From Clostridia bacterium (GTDB lineage Bacteria > Bacillota > Clostridia > TANB77 > CAG-508): DNA of 64,000 nucleotides. Where the stretch lies: NCBI GenBank assembly GCA_045643205.1, contig JAZUKI010000005.1:5597-69596 (forward strand), in the 5' to 3' direction. Positions 38,921-48,625 of this stretch are shown one piece after another (the stretch's first letter is position 1; each line of letters begins with the position of its first letter). The notes beneath the pieces are model-generated. The model was not told the DNA's origin. It ran no database searches and saw only the letters and a program-made list of their open reading frames with translations. Position numbers and translations under genes: made by a program.

Positions 38921-38927
38921 TCTACAA

Positions 38928-39041
38928 TTAACCTTGTCTTTGTTTGTGTTTTGGATTAGAGCAAATAACTCTAATTACACCTTTTCTTTTTATAACCTTG
39001 CATTTTTCGCACATAGGTTTTACTGATGGTCTAACCTTCAT
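38928..39041 (-). CDS. rpmJ: 50S ribosomal protein L36 (zinc-binding C3H form)
   Basis: Own translation: [37 protein letters not shown]. It is below the size cut-off of the ORF track. Confidence 0.95.
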   Translation of the reverse strand: MKVRPSVKPMCEKCKVIKRKGVIRVICSNPKHKQRQG

Positions 39042-39087
39042 TCTATTTTCCTCCTAATTTGCTTTTATACTTTAATGCATTATTTAA

Positions 39088-39306
39088 TTATTTATCTCTC
39101 CATGTAATTCTACCTTGAGTTAAATCATATGGTGATAATTCTAATTTTACTTTATCTCCTGGAAGAATTTTAATGTAATTCATTCTTAATTTTCCTGAGA
39201 TATGAGCTAAAATTTCATGTCCGTTTTCTAATTTTACTTTAAACGTTGTATTTGGAAGTGCTTCTGAAACAATTCCTTCAACTTCGATTACGTCATCTTT
39301 AGACAT
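39088..39306 (-). CDS. infA: translation initiation factor IF-1
   Basis: 72 aa, [51 protein letters not shown]. Confidence 0.97.
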   Translation of the reverse strand: MSKDDVIEVEGIVSEALPNTTFKVKLENGHEILAHISGKLRMNYIKILPGDKVKLELSPYDLTQGRITWRDK

Positions 39307-39385
39307 ATAAATTTTTTCTCCTTTTTAAAAATAATTTTTGTCATGATTTTTATGAGTGTCACGACTAATTAATTTTACAATAATT

Positions 39386-40156
39386 TTAGCTTAAAGTCAA
39401 TATTTCAGGCTCATTTTCTGTAATTAAAATTGTATTTTCATAATGGGCTGATAAGCTTTCATCATAAGTCCAAATTGACCAGCCATCATCACCTTGGCAT
39501 ATTTCTGGTGAACCAGCTACTACCATAGGTTCGATGCATATTGTCATTCCAGGTTCTAGGCGTGTGCCCCTTCCTGGTTTGCCATGGTTTGGTACTCCAG
39601 GATCTTCGTGCATTTCTCTTCCAATGCCGTGTCCTTCAAATTCTCTAATTACGTCAAATCCGTTAGCTCTTACATATTCTTGTACTGCATAACTGATGTC
39701 GCCTATTCTGTTTCCTTTTTTAGCTACTTTTAAAGCTTCATAAAAAGCTTGTTTTGTAACTTCCATTAACTTTTTAGCTTGTGGTGATACCTCTCCGACT
39801 GCATAAGTTCTACAGCAATCACCGTTGAATCCATTTTTATAAGTTACAAGGTCAATTGAGATTATATCTCCTTCTCTTAAAACAACTTTATTAGATGGAA
39901 TTCCGTGTATTATATTATCATTTATAGATGCGCAGATGGATGCTGGAAAATCAGGTACGCCCTTCATTCCGCTTGGATAACCTTTTTCTGCAGGTATTGC
40001 GCCTAATTCTCTCATTTTTGCTTCAGCAATTTTATCAAGTTCAAGAGTTGTTACTCCTGGTTTTATTGCTTGTTCTATTGCTTTTTGAACTAAGTCTGCA
40101 ACTCTGCCAGCTTCACGCATACAATCAATTTCTGATTTAGATTTAATTGTAACCAT
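39386..40156 (-). CDS. map: type I methionine aminopeptidase
   Basis: 256 aa with metal-ligand context (DLVTYKNGFNGD, GHGIGREMHE, ICIEPM). Confidence 0.95.
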   Translation of the reverse strand: MVTIKSKSEIDCMREAGRVADLVQKAIEQAIKPGVTTLELDKIAEAKMRELGAIPAEKGYPSGMKGVPDFPASICASINDNIIHGIPSNKVVLREGDIISIDLVTYKNGFNGDCCRTYAVGEVSPQAKKLMEVTKQAFYEALKVAKKGNRIGDISYAVQEYVRANGFDVIREFEGHGIGREMHEDPGVPNHGKPGRGTRLEPGMTICIEPMVVAGSPEICQGDDGWSIWTYDESLSAHYENTILITENEPEILTLS

Positions 40157-40176
40157 TTGCTATCTTCTTTCTAATT

Positions 40177-40250
40177 TTTATTCTTCAATTCTTATATCTA
40201 TTGATTCAATTCTTGTATTTATTCTTCAATTCTTTTATCTATTGATTCAA
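40177..40250. repeat. tandem 33-bp duplication (32/33 identical, period 41 bp) of the adk 3' end
   Basis: tttattcttcaattcttAtatctattgattcaa at 40177-40209 and tttattcttcaattcttTtatctattgattcaa at 40218-40250. The second copy encodes FESIDKRIEE plus the stop codon. Confidence 0.9.
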
Positions 40251-40884
40251 ATACTTTTCTAGTTGTATCTTCTCTTGTTGTTTCAGAGTATATATCAATA
40301 TCTATTGGTGCTAATAATTGTTTTTCTTTATAATAATTAATTAATTGTTCAGTTTCTTTATGATAAACTTCTAATCTTTTTCTTATTATTTCAGGAACAT
40401 CATCGTTTCTTCTAATTAACTCTGAACCGCATACGTCACAAATACCTTCAACTTTTGAAGGCATGAACTTTGTATTGTATGCTGCACGACATGTTTTGTT
40501 TGAACAAATAACCCTACTTGATGTTCTTATAACAAGATCTTCATCAGGTACATTTAAGTCAATAACTGCTGTTATTTTTTTGTTTTTAGATTTTAAATAT
40601 TCATCTAAAGCATATGCTTGCTCTATTGTTCTTGGAAAACCGTCAAGTACTGCTCCATCTAAATTTTCTAATTGTTTTTCTACTAGTTTTATTGTTATTT
40701 CATCTGGTACTAATTTACCTTGTGAAATATATTTTTCTGCTTCTTTTCCTAGTTCTGTTTGATTTTTTATTTCATCTCTGAAAATGTCTCCTGTAGCTAA
40801 GTGAGTCAAATTGTAGTGTTTGCAAATTTCCATTCCAATTGTTCCTTTGCCACTACCAGGAGCACCAAGCATAATAATATACAT
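40219..40884 (-). CDS. adk: adenylate kinase (zinc-lid form)
   Basis: MYIIMLGAPGSGKGT P-loop and a Cys4 lid (CSNKTC..CDVCG). The start was set to ATG 40882-40884 with a GAAAGGAA SD. Confidence 0.95.
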   Translation of the reverse strand: MYIIMLGAPGSGKGTIGMEICKHYNLTHLATGDIFRDEIKNQTELGKEAEKYISQGKLVPDEITIKLVEKQLENLDGAVLDGFPRTIEQAYALDEYLKSKNKKITAVIDLNVPDEDLVIRTSSRVICSNKTCRAAYNTKFMPSKVEGICDVCGSELIRRNDDVPEIIRKRLEVYHKETEQLINYYKEKQLLAPIDIDIYSETTREDTTRKVFESIDKRIEE

Positions 40885-40958
40885 ATATGTTCCTTTCACA
40901 CTAATAAAATAGTTTGTATACAAACTATTTTATCATTTGTGTTTTTAAAAAAGATTAA

Positions 40959-40989
40959 AGGGACGCGTTCTGTAACGAAGAGCATCCCT
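40959..40989 (-). other. GC-rich hairpin plus T-run between secY and adk
   Basis: The minus strand reads AGGGATGC..GCGTCCCT, followed by TTAATCTTTTTT. It may be a partial terminator or attenuator. Confidence 0.5.
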
Positions 40990-41012
40990 ATGTTAATTTA
41001 ATACTCTTAAAA

Positions 41013-42335
41013 CTATTTATTTAAGAATCCTTTATAATGTCTCATTACTAATAATGATTCTAGTTGTTGCTCTAATTCAATAGCAACACCAACCAAAATT
41101 AATATTGATGATCCACCAAATGCTGTGTTTAATCCTGTTGCTTTTGCAAACATTGGGATAATAGCTATAACAGCTAAGAATATACCACCGAATAATACTA
41201 CTTTAGATAGTACTGATGATAAGTAATCTGATGTTGGTTTTCCTGCTCTGATTCCAGGGATGAAACCACCATTTCTCTTGATGTTTGCTGCAACTTCTAA
41301 TGGATTAAATGTTGCATATGTATAGAAATATGTGAAACCAATAATTAATAATAAATAAATTACTGCATTGATTATTACATAGTTCCAGCCAACACTTGAT
41401 GAAGATGTAGCGATTGATAAATCGTAAACAACTCTCCAAAATCCTTGTGTATTTGCTATTTGAGGATTTACTAGTTCAATAATAAGTGCTGGGAATGTCA
41501 TGAATGATGATGCAAAAATTATTGGCATTACACTTGCCATTGCTGGCTTGATTGGAATGTGTGTATTTTGTGCACCAACCATTTTTCTTCCAACAACTTT
41601 CTTTGAATATTGAACTGGAATTCTTCTTTCAGCTAATTGTACAAATACTACACCTGTTACTAATAATAGAATTCCAAATACGATTAATAATGCGAATATT
41701 AATCCTTTTGTATCGAAAACTCCATCTTTAACAACTAATCCAGCTACTGATGTAATAGCTGTTGGAATGCTTGAAACGATACCAGCAAAGATTAACATTG
41801 ATGTTCCGTTTCCAATTCCTCTTGATGTAATTTTGTCTCCAACCCACATAAGTAGTGAAGTTCCGGCTACTAGTGATATAACAACTACTGCCATTGTTTG
41901 GAATCCTGTTGAAACAAATATACCATTCATTTCATATGAGAAGTAAATTCCTAATCCTTCTACTACTGCTAGTACTAAAGATATTATCTTTGTTAGTCTA
42001 TCAACTTTCTTCTTTCCTTCTTCTCCACCTTCTTTAGTTAATCTCTCTAAAGCAGGTATGATCATTGCTAATAATTGTACAATGATTGATGAAGTAATGT
42101 ATGGTGTGATTGACATTGCGAATATTGATAGTCTTGAGAAAGCACCACCGGAAATAATATTGATTAATCCTGTTATTCCTGATGATGATTCACCTAATTG
42201 GCTAACTGCTTCTAAGTTAACCATAGGTATAGTTATAAAACAACCAATTCTAAATACTATTAATAATAGTAATGTATAGAATAGTTTTTTCCTTATTTCA
42301 GGAGTTTTAAATGCGTTGACTAATGTTTTAAACAA
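41013..42335 (-). CDS. secY: preprotein translocase subunit SecY
   Basis: 440 aa with 10 TM segments. The N-terminus MFKTLVNAFKTPEIRKKLFYTLLLLIVFRIG is SecY-like. The TTG start abuts the rplO stop (TAATTG) and has an AGAGGTGA SD. Confidence 0.96.
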   Translation of the reverse strand: MFKTLVNAFKTPEIRKKLFYTLLLLIVFRIGCFITIPMVNLEAVSQLGESSSGITGLINIISGGAFSRLSIFAMSITPYITSSIIVQLLAMIIPALERLTKEGGEEGKKKVDRLTKIISLVLAVVEGLGIYFSYEMNGIFVSTGFQTMAVVVISLVAGTSLLMWVGDKITSRGIGNGTSMLIFAGIVSSIPTAITSVAGLVVKDGVFDTKGLIFALLIVFGILLLVTGVVFVQLAERRIPVQYSKKVVGRKMVGAQNTHIPIKPAMASVMPIIFASSFMTFPALIIELVNPQIANTQGFWRVVYDLSIATSSSSVGWNYVIINAVIYLLLIIGFTYFYTYATFNPLEVAANIKRNGGFIPGIRAGKPTSDYLSSVLSKVVLFGGIFLAVIAIIPMFAKATGLNTAFGGSSILILVGVAIELEQQLESLLVMRHYKGFLNK

Positions 42336-42773
42336 TTAAATCACCTCTGTCTTTCCGCCTAAAGCTTCGATTTTTTCTTTAGCTGAATTTGTGAATCTTT
42401 TAGCTTTTACAGTTAATTTTTTATCTAATTTACCAGTAGCAATAACAACGATTCCGTCTTTTGCTTTGCTGATAATTCCATCGTTAATAAGACTATTAAC
42501 ATCTACTACATCTGTTGTTGCGTTATTTAACATAGTTAATGTTACTTCATTGTAGTCCTTAGCGAACTTGCTGTTGTTGAATCCTCTCTTAGGTAATCTT
42601 CTATATAATGGTGTTTGTCCACCTTCAAATCCACGTCTTACTCCGCCGCCAGCTCTAGCTTTTTGGCCTTTATGACCTCTTCCAGAAGTTTTTCCTAATC
42701 CTGAACCCATACCACGTCCAACTACAGTTCTCTTTGTTCTTTTAGTTGATGGCTTTAATTCATCTAACTTCAT
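42336..42773 (-). CDS. rplO: 50S ribosomal protein L15
   Basis: 145 aa, with [22 protein letters not shown]. Confidence 0.96.
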   Translation of the reverse strand: MKLDELKPSTKRTKRTVVGRGMGSGLGKTSGRGHKGQKARAGGGVRRGFEGGQTPLYRRLPKRGFNNSKFAKDYNEVTLTMLNNATTDVVDVNSLINDGIISKAKDGIVVIATGKLDKKLTVKAKRFTNSAKEKIEALGGKTEVI

Positions 42774-42899
42774 ATTGGGTTACACCTCCTTATGTCATTT
42801 TAATTTCATACGAAATTATTTTATACAAATAATATTCAATTGTAAATAATGAATAAAATATATTTACGTTATTTTTTTGCAATATAAATTATTGCTAAA

Positions 42900-43409
42900 T
42901 TATTTAACGTCTTCTACTTTTATTCCTCTCTTCTTTGCAACTTGTTCAATTGTTTGCATTGATTTTAAACCGTTTAATGTTGCATAAACACAGTTTCTTG
43001 GATTGTTAGTTCCTAAAACTTTAGTTCTAACATCTTTGTATCCTGCAAGTTCAAGAACTGGTCTAACAGATCCTCCTGTGATTAATCCAGTACCTTCTGC
43101 AGCTGGTTTTAATAGTACTTTTGCACTACCAAATTCTCCAGTATATTCATGTGGAACAGTTGTACCAACGATTGGAACTTCGATTAAATGTTTCTTAGCA
43201 TCTTCGATTGCTTTGCTGATTGCTTCAGGAACCTCAGCTGCTTTTCCATTTCCAATTCCAACGTGTCCAGCACCATCACCAACTACGACAACAGCACTGA
43301 ATCTAAATGTTCTACCACCTTTAACAACTTTTGCAACTCTATTGATTGCAACGACTTTTTCATTTAGTCCGTCGTCTTTTTCTTCACGTCTATTTTGTCT
43401 ATCTGCCAC
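42900..43409 (-). CDS. rpsE: 30S ribosomal protein S5
   Basis: 169 aa, with [31 protein letters not shown] start with a GGAGGT SD. Confidence 0.96.
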   Translation of the reverse strand: MADRQNRREEKDDGLNEKVVAINRVAKVVKGGRTFRFSAVVVVGDGAGHVGIGNGKAAEVPEAISKAIEDAKKHLIEVPIVGTTVPHEYTGEFGSAKVLLKPAAEGTGLITGGSVRPVLELAGYKDVRTKVLGTNNPRNCVYATLNGLKSMQTIEQVAKKRGIKVEDVK

Positions 43410-43428
43410 TTGATTTACCTCCTTCTTC

Positions 43429-43788
43429 TTAGAAATTTAATCCGCCTTCTCTAGCGCTATCAGCTAATGCTTTGATAACACCATGATAAATGTATCCGCC
43501 TCTATCGAAAACAACATCTGAAATTTTTGCATCTTTTGCTCTCTTTGCTACTAATGCTCCAACTTCTTTAGCTGCTTCTACACTTGCGTGTTTTGTTTTA
43601 ACTTCTTTATCTAATGAAGAAGCTGCAACTAATGTTTTTCCGTTAACATCGTCAATGATTTGTGCATAGACTGCAGAATTACTTTTGAAAACGCTTAATC
43701 TTGGGCATTCTGGAGTTCCGCTAATTTTTGTACGAACTCTAGCATGTCTTCTTGTTCTTTCAAGTTTTCTATTTGTCTTTGAAATCAT
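43429..43788 (-). CDS. rplR: 50S ribosomal protein L18
   Basis: 119 aa, with [27 protein letters not shown]. Confidence 0.96.
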   Translation of the reverse strand: MISKTNRKLERTRRHARVRTKISGTPECPRLSVFKSNSAVYAQIIDDVNGKTLVAASSLDKEVKTKHASVEAAKEVGALVAKRAKDAKISDVVFDRGGYIYHGVIKALADSAREGGLNF

Positions 43789-43809
43789 TATTTATCTCCT
43801 TTCTAGATA

Positions 43810-44340
43810 TTATTTACCTGTCTTTCCTTCCTTACGTATTAAGTGTTCTTCAGCATATTTAATACCTTTACCCTTATATACTTCAGGTGGTCTCTTTGAT
43901 CTAATAACAGCTGCTGTTTGTCCAACAACTTCTTTATTAATACCTCTTACTATAATTGTGTTTGCATCTGGAACATCAAATGTGATTCCTTCTGGTGCTT
44001 CAACAATTACTTGGTGAGAATATCCTAAGTTCATAACAAGATTTGTTCCTTGTTTTTGAGCTCTGTAACCTACACCATTAATTTGAAGTGTTCTAGAAAA
44101 TTCATTATTAACACCTTCAACCATATTAGCGATTAAAGTTCTAGTTAATCCATGTAAATTTCCATTAGCTTCATTTTCTATAGAAACGATAATTTCGTTT
44201 TCTTTAACTTCAGCTTTAACTGCTGGATGAATATCTATTTCAAGAGTTCCTTTTGGTCCTTTTGCAGTTAGATGTTGTCCATCAATTGTTATTGTAACAC
44301 CAGCAGGAATTGCTATAGGTTTCTTTCCTATTCTTGACAT
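43810..44340 (-). CDS. rplF: 50S ribosomal protein L6
   Basis: 176 aa, starting MSRIGKKPIAIPAGV. Confidence 0.96.
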   Translation of the reverse strand: MSRIGKKPIAIPAGVTITIDGQHLTAKGPKGTLEIDIHPAVKAEVKENEIIVSIENEANGNLHGLTRTLIANMVEGVNNEFSRTLQINGVGYRAQKQGTNLVMNLGYSHQVIVEAPEGITFDVPDANTIIVRGINKEVVGQTAAVIRSKRPPEVYKGKGIKYAEEHLIRKEGKTGK

Positions 44341-44365
44341 TTTGGTTTTCCTCCTTCTTTAATAA

Positions 44366-44764
44366 TTACCAAATATAAGCTAGAACTTCTCCTCCTAAGC
44401 CTTCTTTACGTGCTTCTTTGTCTGTTTTAATTCCTTTAGATGTTGAAATTAAAGCAATACCTAAACCGTTAAGAACTTCTGGAAGTTCATCTTTATTTAC
44501 ATATATACGTAATCCTGGTTTTGAAATTCTCTTTAATCCAGAAATTACTTTCTTACCTTTTTCATCATATTTTAATGTGATTCTGATAATTCCTTGTTTT
44601 TCATCTTTAATCTCTTCAAAAGATTTGATATATCCTTCATCAGCTAAAATTTGAGCGATTGCTTTCTTTATATTTGATGATGGAACGTCAACTGTAGCAT
44701 GTTTTGAAGTATTAGCGTTTCTAATTCTTGTTAACATGTCTGCGATTGGGTCAGTTGTATTCAT
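44366..44764 (-). CDS. rpsH: 30S ribosomal protein S8
   Basis: 132 aa, with [13 protein letters not shown] and a [10 protein letters not shown]-terminus. Confidence 0.96.
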   Translation of the reverse strand: MNTTDPIADMLTRIRNANTSKHATVDVPSSNIKKAIAQILADEGYIKSFEEIKDEKQGIIRITLKYDEKGKKVISGLKRISKPGLRIYVNKDELPEVLNGLGIALISTSKGIKTDKEARKEGLGGEVLAYIW

Positions 44765-44800
44765 TTATTTCCCTCCTTCTTTGTCAGATTTAAATATTTA

Positions 44801-44986
44801 TTACCAACTTGCCTTTTTCATTCCAGGAATTTCGCCTTGGTGAGCTAGTTTTCTAAAACATTCACGGCAAATTCCATATTTTCTTATATAAGCATGTGGT
44901 CTTCCACAGATTTTGCATCTATTATATTCTCTAGTTGCATATTTTTGTGGTTTTTGTTGTTTAACTTTTAAAGATTTCTTAGCCAT
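44801..44986 (-). CDS. rpsN: 30S ribosomal protein S14, type Z (zinc-binding, 61 aa)
   Basis: Two CxxC pairs (CKICGR..CRECFR) and a KKASW C-terminus. Confidence 0.96.
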   Translation of the reverse strand: MAKKSLKVKQQKPQKYATREYNRCKICGRPHAYIRKYGICRECFRKLAHQGEIPGMKKASW

Positions 44987-45010
44987 TCTTGACTCTTTCC
45001 TCCTTCATTA

Positions 45011-45550
45011 TTATTTACTGAAAGGCATTCCAAGAAGAGTTAATAATTCTTTAGCTTCTTCATCAGTTGTTGCTGATGTTACGAAAACTATATCCATTCC
45101 TCTAACTTTATCTACCTTATCGTATTCAATCTCAGGGAAAATTAATTGTTCTTTAATTCCCATTGAATAATTTCCTCTTCCATCAAATGAATCAGATGAA
45201 ACTCCTCTAAAATCTCTAACACGTGGTAATGCTACATTGAATAGTTTGTATGCAAAATCATACATTTTTCCACTTCTTAATGTAACTTTTACTCCTATAT
45301 CCATTCCAGCTCTGATCTTGAAAGCAGCTATAGCTTTCTTTGATTTTGTTACTACTGGTTTTTGTCCTGTAATTTCTGTTAAATCTTTTACACATCCTTC
45401 TAATGTTTTAGGATTGTCTCTTGTATCTCCTAAACCAACATTAAGGATAATTTTCTCTAATCTTGGAACTTCCATTACTGACTTGTAATTGAATTTCTTC
45501 ATCATTGCTGGAACTATTTCTTTCTCATATTGTTCTTTTAAAATTTCCAT
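45011..45550 (-). CDS. rplE: 50S ribosomal protein L5
   Basis: 179 aa, with [18 protein letters not shown] and [28 protein letters not shown]. Confidence 0.96.
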   Translation of the reverse strand: MEILKEQYEKEIVPAMMKKFNYKSVMEVPRLEKIILNVGLGDTRDNPKTLEGCVKDLTEITGQKPVVTKSKKAIAAFKIRAGMDIGVKVTLRSGKMYDFAYKLFNVALPRVRDFRGVSSDSFDGRGNYSMGIKEQLIFPEIEYDKVDKVRGMDIVFVTSATTDEEAKELLTLLGMPFSK

Positions 45551-45586
45551 ATAAGTCTTAATAGACCTCCTTTCGCAATATTAATT

Positions 45587-45892
45587 TTATAATTCAGCTC
45601 CGCAGCTCTTGCAAACTCTAACTTTCTTATCACCATCAACTTTGTAACCAACTTTAACGGCTTTTTTACATTTAGGGCAAACTACTGCAACTTTACTTGA
45701 ATTGATTGGATGTTCTGAAGCTATAATTCCTCCAGTTTCTCCAGCTTTTCTTGGTTTTGTAGCTTTTTTTCTAACATTAACTTCTTTAACTACAACTTTA
45801 TTTGATTTAGGTAAAACAGAAAGAACTTCTCCTGTTGTTCCTTTATCATTTCCAGATAATACTTTAACTGTATCTCCTTTTCTAAGTTTCAT
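45587..45892 (-). CDS. rplX: 50S ribosomal protein L24 (with CxxC..CxxC C-terminal ribbon)
   Basis: Starts MKLRKGDTVKVLSGNDKG. The start was set to ATG 45890-45892 after GAGGTGA. The C-terminus reads CPKCKKAVKVGYKVDGDKKVRVCKSCG. Confidence 0.95.
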   Translation of the reverse strand: MKLRKGDTVKVLSGNDKGTTGEVLSVLPKSNKVVVKEVNVRKKATKPRKAGETGGIIASEHPINSSKVAVVCPKCKKAVKVGYKVDGDKKVRVCKSCGAEL

Positions 45893-45910
45893 GTATTTCA
45901 CCTCTTTCTT

Positions 45911-46279
45911 TTATAAAACTTCTGGTGCTAGTGATAAGATTTTCATATAATCAAAATCTCTTAATTCTCTTGCAACTGGTCCGAATATACGTGTTCCAGT
46001 TGGAGTTTTATCGTCCTTTATAATAACTGCTGCATTTTCATCAAATCTAACAACTGTTCCGTCTGGTCTTTGAATAGGTTTCTTTGTTCTAACAATAACT
46101 GCTTTAACAACTTGTCCCTTTTTAACTGTTCCATCTGGAATAGCACTCTTTACTGATGCAACTACAACATCACCTACACCTGCAAACTTTCTATATGATC
46201 CACCAAGGCATCTTATAACCATAAGTTCTCTTGCCCCTGTGTTGTCAGCTACTTTTAATCTAGTTTGTTGCTGTACCAT
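45911..46279 (-). CDS. rplN: 50S ribosomal protein L14
   Basis: 122 aa, starting [27 protein letters not shown]. Confidence 0.97.
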   Translation of the reverse strand: MVQQQTRLKVADNTGARELMVIRCLGGSYRKFAGVGDVVVASVKSAIPDGTVKKGQVVKAVIVRTKKPIQRPDGTVVRFDENAAVIIKDDKTPTGTRIFGPVARELRDFDYMKILSLAPEVL

Positions 46280-46344
46280 AAGTATTTCCTCCTTCTTCTA
46301 TATTCTCATGTAAAGTTTTACTCTACAATAAAATTTTTGAATAA

Positions 46345-46605
46345 TTATTTAATAACTGCTTTCTCTGTTATTTTAACAAGTCTATATCTCTTATCTTTTG
46401 ATAAAGGTCTTGTTTCCATAACTTCAACAGTGTCTCCAACTTGGCATTCATTGTTTTCGTCATGAGCTTTTAATTTATATGTTGAAGCTTTGATTTTTCC
46501 ATATCTTTTATCCATTTTCTTTGTTTCAACTGCTACAACGATTGTTTTGTCCATGCTGTTAGAAACTACTTTTCCAATCATTATTCTACGAAGATTTCTT
46601 TCCAT
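46345..46605 (-). CDS. rpsQ: 30S ribosomal protein S17
   Basis: 86 aa, with [42 protein letters not shown]. Confidence 0.96.
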   Translation of the reverse strand: MERNLRRIMIGKVVSNSMDKTIVVAVETKKMDKRYGKIKASTYKLKAHDENNECQVGDTVEVMETRPLSKDKRYRLVKITEKAVIK

Positions 46606-46625
46606 TAGGTATTTATCTCCTTTCT

Positions 46626-46829
46626 TTATTTATTAGCCTCTTTTAACTTTCTTTCAGTTAAAACTGTATTTACTCTTGCAATGTCTTTCTTTACTTGAGA
46701 AATTTTCTTAGGATTATCTAAACCGTTTGTAGCTAAGCTAAATCTTAATTTAAATAATTCTGATTTTAAATCTCCTAATTCTTTCTCTAGATCTGGTGAA
46801 GACATTTCTCTAATCTTATTTATCTTCAT
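46626..46829 (-). CDS. rpmC: 50S ribosomal protein L29
   Basis: [30 protein letters not shown]. The internal ATG (46827-46829) is preferred over the track start. It overlaps the rplP 3' end by 14 nt. Confidence 0.9.
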   Translation of the reverse strand: MKINKIREMSSPDLEKELGDLKSELFKLRFSLATNGLDNPKKISQVKKDIARVNTVLTERKLKEANK

Positions 46830-47253
46830 CTTGATCACCATCCATTTCTTTCTTAACTATTTTTGTTCTAACAGATAGTTTGCTTCCTGCAAGTGTTAAT
46901 GCTTTCTTAGCAACTTCGTCTGTACAACCATCGATTTCAAACATTATTCTTCCTGGTTTTACAGGTGCTACCCATCTTTCAACATTACCTTTTCCTTTAC
47001 CCATACGAGTTCCGATAGGCTTTGCTGTTTCTGGATGATCTGGGAAGATTCTGATCCAGAATTTTGCATCTCTACTTGCTGATCTTGTCATAGCAACACG
47101 GGCTGCTTCGATTTGGTTAGAAGTAATATGACCTAGTTCACATGCTTGTAAACCAAATTTTCCATTAGCAATTACGTTTCCTCTTGTTGCTTTTCCTCTA
47201 TTTCTACCTTTTTGTTGTTTTCTGTATTTTGTTTTCTTAGGCATCAATGGCAT
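46816..47253 (-). CDS. rplP: 50S ribosomal protein L16
   Basis: Starts [17 protein letters not shown]. The third-codon ATG was chosen because GGAGG lies 8 nt upstream; the exact start is uncertain (47244, 47253 or 47259). The C-terminus is short and acidic. Confidence 0.93.
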   Translation of the reverse strand: MPLMPKKTKYRKQQKGRNRGKATRGNVIANGKFGLQACELGHITSNQIEAARVAMTRSASRDAKFWIRIFPDHPETAKPIGTRMGKGKGNVERWVAPVKPGRIMFEIDGCTDEVAKKALTLAGSKLSVRTKIVKKEMDGDQDEDK

Positions 47254-47923
47254 CGTCATTTCCTCCTTCCATCTTAACTTTTACGTTTCTTTTTTCTGGA
47301 AGAACTTCGCCTTTATATATCCAAACTTTAACACCAACTTTTCCGTATGTTGTATTTGCTTCTGCAAATCCATAATCAATGTCAGCTCTTAATGTTTGAA
47401 GTGGAATAGAACCTTCTTTATAGAATTCTGTTCTAGCCATATCAGCTCCGCCTAATCTTCCTGAGCATGCTGTTTTAATACCAAAAGCTCCTGCTTTTAA
47501 TGTTCTTTGCATGCATTGTTTCATAGCACGTCTGAATGAAATTCTTCTTTCTAGTTGTCCGGCAATATCTTCTGCTACTAATTGAGCATTAAGATCTTTG
47601 TCTTTAACTTCAACAATGTTTAAATTAACATGTTTATCAATCATTTTTTCTAATTCGTTCTTTAATTGTTCAGCTAAGTTTCCGCCTTTTCCAATTACAA
47701 GGCCTGGCTTTGCTGTATAAACGTTTACTTTTACAAACTTAGATGTTCTTTCGATTTCAATTTTAGAAATTCCAGCAGCATATAGTTTTTTCTTAACATA
47801 AGTACGAATTTTATGGTCTTCTACTAAATATTCGCCATAATTTTTCTTGTTAGCATACCATTTTGAATCCCAGTCATTGATAACTCCGACTCTAAGTCCA
47901 CGTGGATCTACTTTTTGTCCCAT
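47237..47923 (-). CDS. rpsC: 30S ribosomal protein S3
   Basis: 228 aa, starting [13 protein letters not shown], with a KH domain. Confidence 0.97.
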   Translation of the reverse strand: MGQKVDPRGLRVGVINDWDSKWYANKKNYGEYLVEDHKIRTYVKKKLYAAGISKIEIERTSKFVKVNVYTAKPGLVIGKGGNLAEQLKNELEKMIDKHVNLNIVEVKDKDLNAQLVAEDIAGQLERRISFRRAMKQCMQRTLKAGAFGIKTACSGRLGGADMARTEFYKEGSIPLQTLRADIDYGFAEANTTYGKVGVKVWIYKGEVLPEKRNVKVKMEGGNDDAIDA

Positions 47924-47950
47924 AACTTTGTATTTGCCTCCTTCTTATAA

Positions 47951-48571
47951 TTAATCGCGCTCTTTTAATACTATTGTAGTATTACTTGTTCTTTTTCTAA
48001 TTCTTACTGCGCTTCCTTTTGCTGCGGCTCTAATTCTCTTTAATGTAGGGCCTTGATTTGAATAAATCTCAGCAATATATAATTTGCTGTGTGTCATGTT
48101 GTAATTGTTTTCTGCATTTGCAATAGCTGATTTTAATAATTTGTATAATACTTCTGTACCAGCTTTTGGTGTGAATTGTAAAATTGCTAATGCTTCATCA
48201 ACATCTTTTCCTCTAATTAAATCTGCAACGATTTTAACTTTTCTAGATGAAATTCTTGCATATTTAACTGTAGCTTTAGCAGAATCAACTGCTTTAACTT
48301 CTTTATTTGCTTTCTTAACTGTTGTAGCTTTTTCTGATTTTACTTCAGCTTTAGCTGTTTCAGTTTTTGTTGCAGCTTTTGTTGTTGTTTTCTTTTCTGT
48401 AGCTGCTTTTGTTGTAGCTTTTGTTTCAGTAGCTTTCTTTTCAACTGTTTTCTTTGCAGCTGTTGTTTTCTTTTCAGCTGTTGTTTTAGCTGTTGTTGTT
48501 TTCTTAGCTGTTGTAGATTTTGTAGTTGTTGTTTTCTTTGTTGCTACTTTCTTTTTTTTCTCGTCTGCCAC
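47951..48571 (-). CDS. rplV: 50S ribosomal protein L22 with a Lys/Thr/Ala-rich N-terminal extension of about 95 aa
   Basis: The C-terminal 108 aa form a canonical L22 core (AKATVKYARISSRKVKIVADLIRGK..). The likely start is GTG 48569-48571, which follows AAGGAGGAA by 6 nt. The track ATG at 48589 lacks an SD. Confidence 0.9.
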   Translation of the reverse strand: MADEKKKKVATKKTTTTKSTTAKKTTTAKTTAEKKTTAAKKTVEKKATETKATTKAATEKKTTTKAATKTETAKAEVKSEKATTVKKANKEVKAVDSAKATVKYARISSRKVKIVADLIRGKDVDEALAILQFTPKAGTEVLYKLLKSAIANAENNYNMTHSKLYIAEIYSNQGPTLKRIRAAAKGSAVRIRKRTSNTTIVLKERD

Positions 48572-48625
48572 AATAATTTCCTCCTTCATTAATTTTTATA
48601 TGAATTAACTCTTTATATTCATTAA

